A DNA stretch of 62,990 nucleotides from Eubacteriales bacterium (GCA_050309735.1 JBNRMS010000030.1:1-62990), one strand, 5' to 3'; positions 45,604 to 54,372 are shown, counted from the stretch's first letter. Made by a program: numbers and translations. Notes: generated by a model not told the origin, from the letters alone.

Positions 45604-46167
45604 TTATAAAGATTTCTGCTCGCCTTTTTCCTTCTTGATTTTTTCTATTTTTTCGTCTATATAATCTAAAACCTCACTTTTGTCAATTCCAAGCGCGTAA
45701 GAAAACTCATCGGTGATTAATTTCTCGGCCGCCGCAAGAACTCGTGTGTCATTAGCGTAAAGCTTCCGGCGCGCCGCTTCAAGCTCTGCCTTATATTCCT
45801 TTAAAACTTTATAAATCCAAATAATATCCGAGCAAACCCCCGAGTCGAAAAGCTTATCGAAATATTCGCCGCGCTCTTTTATGTCTTCAATCCAAGCATT
45901 CCCGGAGTTCACTGCGTCTGTTATCGCCTGGTCGGCTTTATCGGGCGAGAGCACGCACCTGAGCGAAGACGATATATCTTTGGTGTCTACCGGCAGATAT
46001 ATAACCGCACTCTGGTCGTATACCGAGCGCATAACATAATACATCCTCTCGCCAATGCCGCAGAAGTTTTCCTCTCTTATGTCTCCAATCTTGTATATAC
46101 CGTTATTCCTATATACAATAATCTCACCTATGTTGCGGTCAGGGATTATGGCGTTCAATCCTTCCAT
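45604..46167 (-). CDS. CarD/CdnL/TRCF-RID family protein
   Basis: 187 aa. The N-terminus GEIIVYRNNGIYKIGDIREENFCGIGERMYYVM matches the CarD-type RNAP-interacting Tudor-like domain pattern. GGAGGA RBS. Confidence 0.7.
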   Translation of the reverse strand: MEGLNAIIPDRNIGEIIVYRNNGIYKIGDIREENFCGIGERMYYVMRSVYDQSAVIYLPVDTKDISSSLRCVLSPDKADQAITDAVNSGNAWIEDIKERGEYFDKLFDSGVCSDIIWIYKVLKEYKAELEAARRKLYANDTRVLAAAEKLITDEFSYALGIDKSEVLDYIDEKIEKIKKEKGEQKSL

Positions 46168-46699
46168 GGCATATGTCCTCCGTAATATTTTAACGCTATC
46201 TGCTTCTGCCTGTCGGCGTCAAGGCTTAAAAGGCGCTTTCTCCAACCGGCTTTGGGGTCTGCCTGCCGGGTATCCAAAGGGAGGCCGGTGTCCGATTTTT
46301 TAATCTCGGGATTCGGCTCCTTCTGTATTTTGCTGAGCATAAAGAAATTATCCTTTCCGCGGGACACGCGTGTTTTTGTGCCGCACGGCGGCTGTTTCTC
46401 AGAATATCGCGCGCTCTCTCAAAAGATAAAATGGCGCGCACCCCCCTGCCACGAACCTTCAGATTGCGTTTTCTATATATATTATATCACATTTTTTAAT
46501 TTATTTATATGGGCATTTTGAATAAATAAATAAATAATAGACGCCATAGGTATCAGTAAATCGTTCATTATGCCAAAAACGACTGCAAAATTGCCATTTT
46601 ATGGTGGGAGAGCGCTGCGCAAAAATATCACAAATTCAAATAACCAATTCTCCCACACTATGCCCTTCGCGCTCCGAGGCATCATTCAAGAGAGGCTCT

Positions 46700-46762
46700 T
46701 TATTAAAAGCCGCGGCTCATCGCGAGGGTGAGCGCTTACGCCTGCGTTCGGATGAGCCGCGC
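46700..46762 (-). terminator. Probable terminator of proA
   Basis: GCGGCTCATC...GATGAGCCGC 10-bp stem with a large loop. The minus strand continues GGCTTTTAATAAAG. Confidence 0.5.
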
Positions 46763-46795
46763 TTAAATTTATACTTTTTGAGTTTTTCGGTCTGT

Positions 46796-48034
46796 TTAAC
46801 GAATATGCCCGTCGCCGCCGACTCTGTACTGAACCGTCGTCAGCGCCTCAAGCCCAAAGGGACCGCGAGCATGCAGCTTCTGGGTCGAGATTCCTATCTC
46901 GGCTCCCATTCCGAAAACGCCTCCGTCTGTAAAGCGGGTAGAGGCATTATGGTAGAGCGCTGCCGCGTCAACATTTGACATGAAATAATCAACCGCCCCG
47001 GCGTCGGCCGCAACAATGGCCTCGCTGTGCTTTGTTCCGTATTTATTTATATGAGCAACGGCCTCTGCAACGCCCGACACAGTCTTTATCGCTATGATGC
47101 AATCGTTGTACTCGGTGGCATAGTCCTCCTCGGTTGCGCGGCGCGCTCCCGGGACATACCGAAGGCTCTCCTCCGACGCCCGCAGCTCAACTCCCCTCTC
47201 GCCAAGCGCCGCCGCCGCCGCCGGCAGAAGGGTCGGGGCTATGGCGCTGTCGCACAGCAGCTTTTCGGCGGCATTGCAGACAGATGGACGCGAGGTCTTG
47301 GCGTTTACAATAATTTTCACCGCCATATCAAGGTCGGCGCTTGAGTGGACATACACATGGCAGTTTCCCGCTCCGGTTTCGATAACCGGAACCTTTGAGT
47401 TGTCAACCACCTTGCGAATAAGCCCTGCTCCGCCGCGCGGGATAATCAGATCAATATATCCGGCCAGTGTTATGAGAACATCGACGCTCTGGCGCGAGGT
47501 GTCTGTTATGAGATTGACCGCTTCGCGCACTCCGTATGGTGCTATGGCGTCCTTTATGACTTTAACTATTGCAATATTCGAGTTTATAGCCTCGCGCCCG
47601 CCGCGCAGCACAACCGCGTTTCCACTTTTAAGGCAGAGAACCGCCGCATCGAGCGTGACATTGGGTCGCGCCTCGTAAATCATCGCTATAACCCCGAGGG
47701 GCACGCGCTGCTTTACCACGCGAAGGCCGTTTGGCCGTATATCCTCGGACACCGCCCCGAGCGGGTCGGGCAGATTTGCGACTTCAATCACCGCATCGGC
47801 CGCGTCCTCAAGTCTTGCTTCGGTAAGCGTTAAGCGGTCGAGCATTGCCGATGTGATTCCGGCGCGCTTTGCCGCTTCTATGTCAAGCGCGTTTGCAGCA
47901 AGAATTTCGGCTTTGTTGGCTCTGACGGCCGACGATATCGCCCGCAGTATTGTGTCGCGCGCCGACGCGTCAACAAGTGCGGGGAGCGATTCCCTCGCAG
48001 AGATGCAGATTTTTATAAGATCTTCGCGGTTCAT
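46796..48034 (-). CDS. proA: Gamma-glutamyl phosphate reductase
   Basis: Typical ProA segments: IPRGGAGLI, ETGAGNCHVYV, CNAAEKLL, HSEAIV, ASTRFTDGG. I prefer the ATG at 48034 (MNREDLIKIC), with GGAGG 6 nt upstream. The longer track ORF (to 48151) runs through repeat copy E. Confidence 0.9.
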   Translation of the reverse strand: MNREDLIKICISARESLPALVDASARDTILRAISSAVRANKAEILAANALDIEAAKRAGITSAMLDRLTLTEARLEDAADAVIEVANLPDPLGAVSEDIRPNGLRVVKQRVPLGVIAMIYEARPNVTLDAAVLCLKSGNAVVLRGGREAINSNIAIVKVIKDAIAPYGVREAVNLITDTSRQSVDVLITLAGYIDLIIPRGGAGLIRKVVDNSKVPVIETGAGNCHVYVHSSADLDMAVKIIVNAKTSRPSVCNAAEKLLCDSAIAPTLLPAAAAALGERGVELRASEESLRYVPGARRATEEDYATEYNDCIIAIKTVSGVAEAVAHINKYGTKHSEAIVAADAGAVDYFMSNVDAAALYHNASTRFTDGGVFGMGAEIGISTQKLHARGPFGLEALTTVQYRVGGDGHIR

Positions 48035-48103
48035 AATTACCTCCGGGCATAATTTTATATTTATCTGTTGCAATAAAGCTTGTTTTATATTAAAATATAT
48101 AAT

Positions 48104-48160
48104 GTGCCTCTTGCGGCAGCAGCTTTCTGCGAGCGCTGCCAATGTACACATTATACCATA
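48104..48160 (-). repeat. Dispersed repeat family 1, copy E (5' half, divergent)
   Basis: The reverse complement is TATGGTATAATGTGTACATTGGCAGCGCTCGCAGAAAGCTGCTGCCGCAAGAGGCAC. The TGGTATAAT box at 48150-48158 faces proA. Confidence 0.7.
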
Positions 48161-48233
48161 CTTTTTATAATATTGGAAGGGGCGCGCCGAAATTTTCTGA
48201 AGCCGCTATTTTTAAAATTTAAGGAGACAAAGA

Positions 48234-48992
48234 ATGAAGATAGGTTTTTTAGGTTACGGAAACCTTGCCCGTGCGCTTGACGCCGGAATTAAAAAGGAGC
48301 AAATCCTCCCGGCGGGGGATATATATGTCTGTGCAAATAATGAGGCCGCTCTCACGGCAGCCCGTGCCGCCGGACACCCGATCGCGGCCGATATAAAAGA
48401 GCTTTTTGCGCTGTGCGATATTGTTGTTATTCTCATAAAGCCCGCCGTTTTCCGCTCAATGAAGCCTCTTTTGTCAGGTCTTGACACGCGCGGCCGCCGT
48501 GTGATAAGCGGGATGGCGGCAGTTCACACCGGCGAGCTGTCCCAGGTTTTCGGCTGCCCGGTGCTTCGGGTTATGCCAACGCTTGCCGCCGCCCATTCGA
48601 AAGGACCGCTCGGATATTCCGGGGGCGCAGGATTTGAGGATATAATCCCCGCTCTCTCCCGCATGGGCGACGCCGTCTGTCTTGACGACGATATGCTCGA
48701 CAGACTGACGGTCGCAGCCTCCTGCGGCCTTGGATTTGCGGCGCATATAATGGATGCCTACCGCGCCGAATGTATAAAACACGGCTTCTCGCCCGAGGAT
48801 TCCAACCTCATCGCCCGAAGCATATTCTCCTATCCCGCCGATTTGGCAACCGGAAGTCTGTCGGAGCTTGTCGACCGGGTTGCTACAAAGGGCGGGGCGA
48901 CAGAGGCAGGCATACTTGCCATGGATCAACATCTGAGGTCAGCCCTTGCAGCCGCCTTTGCTGCGGCAGGCGAGCGGGCAAGGCCGAATTGA
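48234..48992 (+). CDS. proC: Pyrroline-5-carboxylate reductase
   Basis: 252 aa. Rossmann segment MKIGFLGYGNLARAL, and the C-terminal TKGGATEAG motif. Confidence 0.85.
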   Translation: MKIGFLGYGNLARALDAGIKKEQILPAGDIYVCANNEAALTAARAAGHPIAADIKELFALCDIVVILIKPAVFRSMKPLLSGLDTRGRRVISGMAAVHTGELSQVFGCPVLRVMPTLAAAHSKGPLGYSGGAGFEDIIPALSRMGDAVCLDDDMLDRLTVAASCGLGFAAHIMDAYRAECIKHGFSPEDSNLIARSIFSYPADLATGSLSELVDRVATKGGATEAGILAMDQHLRSALAAAFAAAGERARPN

Positions 48993-49041
48993 CAGAAATG
49001 CATGAGTTACAGTAACCAAAGACAAATATTTTTCAAAGCCG

Positions 49042-49070
49042 TTGACATTTTCCTGTTTGTGTGATATAAT
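49042..49070 (+). promoter_or_regulatory. Promoter of the L-box/dap operon
   Basis: TTGACA, 17 nt, TATAAT (both hexamers consensus). Confidence 0.8.
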
Positions 49071-49081
49071 GCAATAAAATA

Positions 49082-49246
49082 TAAGGTAGAGGCGCGACGC
49101 AGCATAAGCGCGCGGCACACATGGGGTCAGAGCAAGACCGCCGTGCCGCGAGAAGGGCTGCTCGCCGAAGGGGATCATGCTAAAGGTCGCCCTGGGCAAA
49201 CGGAGAATATCCGTTTGACTGTCGCCATACGGCGGAGAGCTATCGA
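49082..49246 (+). promoter_or_regulatory. Lysine riboswitch (L-box) aptamer
   Basis: GGTAGAGGCGCGAC..., GCTCGCCGAAGGGG, TGACTGTCGCC and GGAGAGCTATC parallel the conserved cores of the B. subtilis lysC leader (AGAGGTGC, GTCGCCGAAG, GGCTGTCA). It lies directly upstream of lysine-pathway genes. Confidence 0.85.
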
Positions 49247-49303
49247 AATAATGCTATTGCATTTGTAAATTTTATATATTTATATGCCGTAATATTATTT
49301 CTG

Positions 49304-49342
49304 AAGATAGCTGCCACCCGGCGGCTATCTTTTCTTATTTTT
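49304..49342 (+). terminator. Riboswitch expression-platform terminator
   Basis: AAGATAGCTGCC-accc-GGCGGCTATCTT followed by TTCTTATTTTT. AGCTATC at 49238-49244 can alternatively pair with GATAGCT at 49306-49312 (anti-terminator). Confidence 0.8.
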
Positions 49343-49368
49343 GAAAATAATATTATATGGAGGATATA

Positions 49369-50259
49369 ATGAAACTCAAAAATCCAATCTTCACCGGCGC
49401 CGCCACCGCCCTTGTCACCCCACTCACACCCCGGGGGGTTGATTACGAAAACTTCGGCAAGCTTATTAACTGGCAGATAGCTTCGGGTATCGACGCGCTT
49501 GTCATATGCGGAACCACCGGCGAGTCCTCAACCCTCTCGGATGAGGAGCACCGCGAGGTGCTCGCTTTTGCCGCGAGAGTCGCGGGCGGGCGAGTTCCCC
49601 TCATTGCCGGAACCGGCTCTAATGACACCGCCTATGCGATTGATCTGACAAAGCATGCCTGCGAACTGGGATATGATGCCATGCTGATTGTCTCGCCTTA
49701 TTACAACAAGGCCACTCAGAAAGGACTTGTCGCCTCCTTTACCGCCATTGCCGATGCAAGCACAAAGCCCTGCATTGTCTACAATGTCCCCTCGCGCACC
49801 GGCGTCAACATCGAGCCGGCCACATACCTTGCGCTCGCCGAGCACCCGCGGATAAACGCCATAAAAGAAGCTAACTCCAATATCTCAAAAATTGTCGAGA
49901 CAATGGCTCTTGTCCGGGATAAGCTCGATCTTTATTCGGGAAACGATGACCAAATCACCCCCCTTCTCTCGGTCGGCGCCATGGGGGTAATCTCGGTTGT
50001 CTCAAACCTTATCCCACATGAGACAAGTGAGATCTGCCGCAGATTTTTTGCCGGCAACGTTGCCGGGAGCGCCGAGATGCAATTTAAATATCTCCCGCTC
50101 ATCAACGACCTTTTCTGCGAGGTTAATCCGATTCCGGTCAAGGCAGCGATGGCGGCGATGGGATATTGCGAGAACTATCTGCGCCTGCCCCTGACTCCGA
50201 TGGAGGAGCCGCACATGGAAGCAATGCTCTCAAAAATGCGCGCGCTCGGACTTATATGA
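49369..50259 (+). CDS. dapA: 4-hydroxy-tetrahydrodipicolinate synthase
   Basis: Contains TALVTPL, CGTTGES, YYNK and YNVPSRTG. I prefer the ATG at 49369, with GGAGGA 7 nt upstream. Confidence 0.95.
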   Translation: MKLKNPIFTGAATALVTPLTPRGVDYENFGKLINWQIASGIDALVICGTTGESSTLSDEEHREVLAFAARVAGGRVPLIAGTGSNDTAYAIDLTKHACELGYDAMLIVSPYYNKATQKGLVASFTAIADASTKPCIVYNVPSRTGVNIEPATYLALAEHPRINAIKEANSNISKIVETMALVRDKLDLYSGNDDQITPLLSVGAMGVISVVSNLIPHETSEICRRFFAGNVAGSAEMQFKYLPLINDLFCEVNPIPVKAAMAAMGYCENYLRLPLTPMEEPHMEAMLSKMRALGLI

Positions 50260-50322
50260 AAAATCGCCGCGATAAGCACGGCAATATGAAATATATAATA
50301 TATTAAAGAATGGACAAAGCTT

Positions 50323-51060
50323 ATGAAAATTATAATCAACGGCGCAGGGGGCAGAATGGGCTCCGAGCTGCTCCGAATGATAGAGGCCGACACAAGATTT
50401 GAGCTGGCTGCCGCCGTCGACCGCGTTTTTGACGGCAAAGAGGATAAAAAATATGCCCGCCTTGCCGACGTCACCGATAAGGCAGACTGCATTATCGACT
50501 TCTCTCACCACACCACCGCCGCCGAGGTTGCCGGCTTTGCCGTCCGTCACACCCTGCCCCTTGTAATCGCAACCACCGGGCAGACCCCCGAGGAGCTTGC
50601 CATAATACGTGAGGCGGCAAGCTCTGTTCCGCTTCTTATCTCGGGTAATATGTCGCTCGGGGTGGCAACACTTTGCGAGCTGGTAAAGACGGCGGCAAAG
50701 GTTTTTCCCAATGCAGACATTGAAATTGTCGAGAAGCATCACAATCAAAAGCTTGACGTACCCAGCGGCACCGCCCTCATGCTTGCCGACAGCGCAAGAT
50801 CTGTCAGACGCGAGGCCGTCTTCCTTGTCGGGCGACACGAAAACGGCCGGCGGGCAAAAGACGAAATAGGTATTCACTCGCTCCGCATGGGCAGCGTGGT
50901 CGGCGAGCATGAGGTTATAATCAGCACAGACACGCAGACCCTCTCGCTCAAACACACCGCCCACAGCCGCGCACTTTTCGCAGAGGGTGCTCTCACGGCC
51001 GCACTTTTTGTCGCCGGCAAGGCGCCGGGACTTTACGCTGTTCAGGATATGTTTGTGTAA
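50323..51060 (+). CDS. dapB: 4-hydroxy-tetrahydrodipicolinate reductase
   Basis: 245 aa. Contains INGAGGRMG, ATTG and EKHHNQKLDVPSGTA. Confidence 0.95.
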   Translation: MKIIINGAGGRMGSELLRMIEADTRFELAAAVDRVFDGKEDKKYARLADVTDKADCIIDFSHHTTAAEVAGFAVRHTLPLVIATTGQTPEELAIIREAASSVPLLISGNMSLGVATLCELVKTAAKVFPNADIEIVEKHHNQKLDVPSGTALMLADSARSVRREAVFLVGRHENGRRAKDEIGIHSLRMGSVVGEHEVIISTDTQTLSLKHTAHSRALFAEGALTAALFVAGKAPGLYAVQDMFV

Positions 51061-51177
51061 GCAAAAGATAAGACAACGGCCACCATATCGAAAATCCAAA
51101 AACGCCGCACCCGATAAGGCGCGACATTAGCGAAAAGCTTAATAGATTTATTCTCCCAAACAAAGGGCGGGCTTTGT

Positions 51178-51209
51178 GATTGTTCGGTCTCGGCCGAGCC
51201 CGAACAATC
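51178..51209. other. 32-nt near-perfect palindrome between dapB and ddh
   Basis: GATTGTTCGGTCTCGG|CCGAGCCCGAACAATC (one mismatch). There is no adjacent U-tract. Confidence 0.8.
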
Positions 51210-51241
51210 CTTGCAGCACACAGAAAGGAAATATCATAAAT

Positions 51242-52216
51242 ATGAATATAGCAATTGTAGGTTACGGTAATCTCGGACGCGGCGTTGAAGCTGCGGCAAA
51301 GAAAAATCCCGATATGAATCTTGTCGCTGTTTTTACCCGCAGGCCTCCCGAATCTCTTAAATTATCAACACCCGGTATACCGGTTCGCCCGCTCGCCGAC
51401 GCAAAAAAATACAAAAACGACATTGATGTTATGATAATCTGCGGAGGCAGCGCGTCCGACCTGCCCATAATCACCCCCGCGCTCGCAGAAGACTTTAATG
51501 TTGTCGACAGCTTTGACACGCACGCAAAAATCAACGAGCACTTCAGAAAAGTCGACGCGGCGGCTCTCTCGGGCAACCGCACGGCTATAATTTCAATCGG
51601 CTGGGATCCCGGACTTTTTTCGGTGAACAGACTATATATGTCCTCGGTGCTGCCCGACGGGCGCGACTATACCTTCTGGGGGCGCGGGGTCAGTCAGGGT
51701 CACTCAGACGCTATCCGCCGCATCGAGGGAGTGCTCGACGCGCGCCAATACACCGTTCCCTCGCCCGAGGCGATGAGGGCGGTGAGAGAAGGCAAAAACC
51801 CCGAACTCACAACCCGCCAGAAGCACACGCGCGAGTGTTTTGTCGCCGCGGCGCCCGGTGCAGACCTTGCAAAAATCGAGCAAGAAATCAAGACAATGCC
51901 TGATTATTTTGCCGATTATGACACGACGGTGACATTTATCAGCATGGACGAGATGAAGAAAAGCCACGCCTCCCTGCCCCACGGCGGCTCGGTTATCCGC
52001 TCGGGTACAACCTCTGACCGAGCAACGCATACTATGGAATTCAGCCTCTCGCTTGACTCAAATCCCGAATTCACCGCGAGCGTCCTCTGCGCCTTTGCGC
52101 GGGCGGCCTTTACGCTCTCGTCAAAGGGTGATTACGGCTGCAAAACAATTTTTGATATCCCCCCGGCTCTTCTCTCTTGCCGCCCGGCCGAAGAATTGCG
52201 CGCAACCATGCTTTAG
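51242..52216 (+). CDS. ddh: meso-Diaminopimelate D-dehydrogenase
   Basis: MNIAIVGYGNLGRGVE, GWDPGLFS, SQGHSDAIRRIEGV, MPDYF and PHGG align closely with Corynebacterium Ddh as I recall it. I prefer the ATG at 51242. Confidence 0.93.
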   Translation: MNIAIVGYGNLGRGVEAAAKKNPDMNLVAVFTRRPPESLKLSTPGIPVRPLADAKKYKNDIDVMIICGGSASDLPIITPALAEDFNVVDSFDTHAKINEHFRKVDAAALSGNRTAIISIGWDPGLFSVNRLYMSSVLPDGRDYTFWGRGVSQGHSDAIRRIEGVLDARQYTVPSPEAMRAVREGKNPELTTRQKHTRECFVAAAPGADLAKIEQEIKTMPDYFADYDTTVTFISMDEMKKSHASLPHGGSVIRSGTTSDRATHTMEFSLSLDSNPEFTASVLCAFARAAFTLSSKGDYGCKTIFDIPPALLSCRPAEELRATML

Positions 52217-52267
52217 CAATGAGGCTACCCGGCATTTTCACCCGTGCTAATACTATTACCTTATTAT

Positions 52268-52441
52268 AACATTGAACTTAACACCAGATTGCCTCACCCC
52301 GACCGCGGATAGGGACGTGGAGCCCGGCCGGGGTCGGCGCACCATGTTCTAAACTAAGCTGTGCCAAACGTTCCAAAAGCTTTTGAGGGGGGGGAAACTT
52401 TTTGAAAAAAGTTCCCCCGTTGCATCCCTCATTAGCTTAAT
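52268..52441 (-). repeat. Right copy of the inverted repeat pair, split by a 138-nt insert
   Basis: AACATTGAACTTAACACCAG (52268-52287) and CCCTCATTAGCTTAAT (52426-52441) are the reverse complements of the two adjacent arms at 44846-44883. Here they are separated by 52288-52425. Confidence 0.8.
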
Positions 52442-52466
52442 ATCTTAATTGGTATTTAGCTCCGGG

Positions 52467-52865
52467 TCAACAGCCATAAATATCGGTTATTTTCTCAATG
52501 GCGCCGGGGATGCCCGAGCAGATTGAGGACATGGCGTCGCAGTATCTGTCGTAGAGTTTCTCGGATAGCTCCTCGTTCTCGTCAAGGACGAGCATTGCCG
52601 CGATATAGAGCGAGGCAGGTTTTGCAAATCGCCTTGTAAGCGGAAAAACCGAGGCGAGTTCAATCATAACAGCGCTGTATGCAGGCTGCTTGTCAAGCGA
52701 GCCTGCGCTCCGGCAGAGGGTGTCGAGCGCCCCCGCCTCGGAGCAAAAAGCCGCAAGAAGATATGGGGCGCGTTCGGCATAGTCGCCGGTGCCCTCGTTC
52801 TCTCTCTCTCCGATAAGGGCAAGCGCGGCTTCGTATATCTCGGTGCAGATTATTTCATTTTCCAT
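52467..52865 (-). CDS. Phage-cassette small protein (possible head-completion/adaptor protein)
   Basis: 132-aa ORF immediately after the capsid-like gene, which is the position of head-completion genes in P22-like orders. I recognise no motif. Confidence 0.5.
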   Translation of the reverse strand: MENEIICTEIYEAALALIGERENEGTGDYAERAPYLLAAFCSEAGALDTLCRSAGSLDKQPAYSAVMIELASVFPLTRRFAKPASLYIAAMLVLDENEELSEKLYDRYCDAMSSICSGIPGAIEKITDIYGC

Positions 52866-52868
52866 GTT

Positions 52869-52919
52869 TTCTCCACGCCGCCCAGAGGCGGCTAATTAAA
52901 TTTTTGTAATTTTCGGCGG
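52869..52919 (-). repeat. Family 2 intergenic element, copy R1
   Basis: The minus strand reads CCGCCGAAAATTACAAAAATTTAATTAGCCGCCtctgGGCGGCGTGGAGAAAAC, then ATG of the 132-aa gene. Confidence 0.8.
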
Positions 52920-52958
52920 GGAGCCGGGGGCTCTGCCCCCGGACATCCTTTTTTTGAT

Positions 52959-53795
52959 TTACGACTCGGCAATGCCGAGATTGAGCAGCACCAACTCGTC
53001 AGAATAGACGATCTTTGCACCATATAAGTGCAGACCTTTAACGGCATCTGCAAAGCGCTTCTCGGGGCGATATGCGCTGATTTCGGAGAGCTGCTCGGCA
53101 AAGGCAATCGCGCGCTTTGTGCGTGCAAGGCACTTATAGTAGGTCACATCTGAAACCTCAGCCGAGGCGATATTATTCGACACGAATATCCTGCAGCCGC
53201 CGATGCTGCCGATGCATCCCTTCTCAAGCGCCTCGCGGTTGTCGGTTGAGAGATCCATTTTCGCCTTTAGAATCAGAGACGCTATTTGAGGTGAAACTTC
53301 GATTACAATGTCGTCGGCGTCCGACACGTTTTTGGTGAAAAGCGTGGTGCGCGCGTCGATTATATGACCGATAACATTGCTTGTGGTGGTCGCATCCTCT
53401 GTTATGGTGGTGCCGGCGTCCGAGTAGAGCGAGTAGACATAGGTGTCGGCGGTGTTGGCAAGAGCGTTTGCCGCTATCCTCATCGCCTCGTTCATCAGCT
53501 TGGGAGTGCATTGGGCGCGGTCGATGTCGTCAATCTGGAAATTGAAGGCCTTTGCCTGATCAATAAGCAGACTGCGTGTGCTGTCCGAGAGGGCCTGAGG
53601 GGCGGTCATGTCGGTGTCCTTGGTGTAGTCAAAAACATTGACGGCACCTACGCCGACAATATTAACCACCGAACCCTTTTCCTTGATGTCGCCCTCGAAG
53701 TCGCGGTTGCAGTGCTTGACCGCGATATACTTCTTGTCGAGCTGTGTGTAGAGGTTTTCGCTCCAGACTGTGGGAATAAAATTTGAAATAGCCAT
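52959..53795 (-). CDS. Phage major capsid protein-like (HK97-fold family suspected)
   Basis: 278 aa. The N-terminus MAISNFIPTVWSENLYTQLDKKYIAVKHCNRDFEGDIKEKGSVVNIV matches the pattern I associate with short Firmicute-phage coat proteins annotated as P22-coat/gp5-like. It follows a scaffold-like gene. Confidence 0.65.
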   Translation of the reverse strand: MAISNFIPTVWSENLYTQLDKKYIAVKHCNRDFEGDIKEKGSVVNIVGVGAVNVFDYTKDTDMTAPQALSDSTRSLLIDQAKAFNFQIDDIDRAQCTPKLMNEAMRIAANALANTADTYVYSLYSDAGTTITEDATTTSNVIGHIIDARTTLFTKNVSDADDIVIEVSPQIASLILKAKMDLSTDNREALEKGCIGSIGGCRIFVSNNIASAEVSDVTYYKCLARTKRAIAFAEQLSEISAYRPEKRFADAVKGLHLYGAKIVYSDELVLLNLGIAES

Positions 53796-53816
53796 GATTT
53801 TTCTTCCTTTCTTTAT

Positions 53817-54368
53817 TTAGCTCCATGATTTCATGGAGTCTATTATCTTTGTGTAATTTTCTCTTACCTCCGAGGCGCTCATTGAGCGAACCTCGTTCGG
53901 CGTGAAAAACCCCGTCTTCCCCCGGCCGTCAAGACATCCCGAGGAATTCTCGCTGTTCTTTACGTTTATTTCGGCGGCTCTCTTGCGGCGCGCCCTGTCA
54001 TAGGCATAGGCCGCCGCCAGGGGCACGCCGCTCCTCACCGACTCCCAGACCTCACCCGGCAGCGAACCGAGCTCCTCTCCCGGAAAAACCTCGGTGAATT
54101 CGGCAATCTCGCGCGACATTCGCTCGAAATATCGATTCTGCTCATCAAGCCGAGAGCGCAGGCCTTCAAGCTCGGCGCGAAGAATCGCGAGCTCATCGGC
54201 GGGATCTGCGGGGGTTTGGGATTGGGCAGGATTCCCATTATCTGTTCCGGCCTCGTCCCCAGCCTCGGGTTCGTCCTCTGTTCCACCCTCGTCCTCGACC
54301 TCGGGCGATTTATCGTCGGTTGGTAAATCCTCAAGGAGCAACTCATCTTCTCTTATTTCGATTGGCAT
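53817..54368 (-). CDS. Phage scaffolding protein-like
   Basis: 183 aa. Very acidic N-terminus (EDEGGTEDEPEAGDEAGTD) and a coiled segment LAILRAELEGLRSRLDEQNRYFERM. It is located between the portal and capsid genes. Confidence 0.6.
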   Translation of the reverse strand: MPIEIREDELLLEDLPTDDKSPEVEDEGGTEDEPEAGDEAGTDNGNPAQSQTPADPADELAILRAELEGLRSRLDEQNRYFERMSREIAEFTEVFPGEELGSLPGEVWESVRSGVPLAAAYAYDRARRKRAAEINVKNSENSSGCLDGRGKTGFFTPNEVRSMSASEVRENYTKIIDSMKSWS

Positions 54369-54372
54369 TTCC

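Noticed and set aside
46155-46367. 70-aa minus-strand ORF overlapping the CarD-like gene start by 13 nt.
   Set aside because: There is no convincing RBS and no recognisable domain, and the composition is unremarkable. I leave it uncalled, though it is mentioned in a finding because real small leader genes can look like this.
50230-51099. 289-aa minus-strand ORF fully overlapping dapB.
   Set aside because: dapB on the plus strand has the EKHHNQKLDVPSGTA signature and sits in a riboswitch-controlled operon. The antisense product is Gly/Arg/Cys-rich and has no RBS.
52924-52942. Hairpin CCGGGGG-ctctg-CCCCCGG after the capsid-like gene as an intrinsic terminator.
   Set aside because: On the coding (minus) strand no U-tract follows. 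On the plus strand the T-run is 6 nt away from the stem and no plus-strand gene ends there. I kept it only as a possible RNA stability element.
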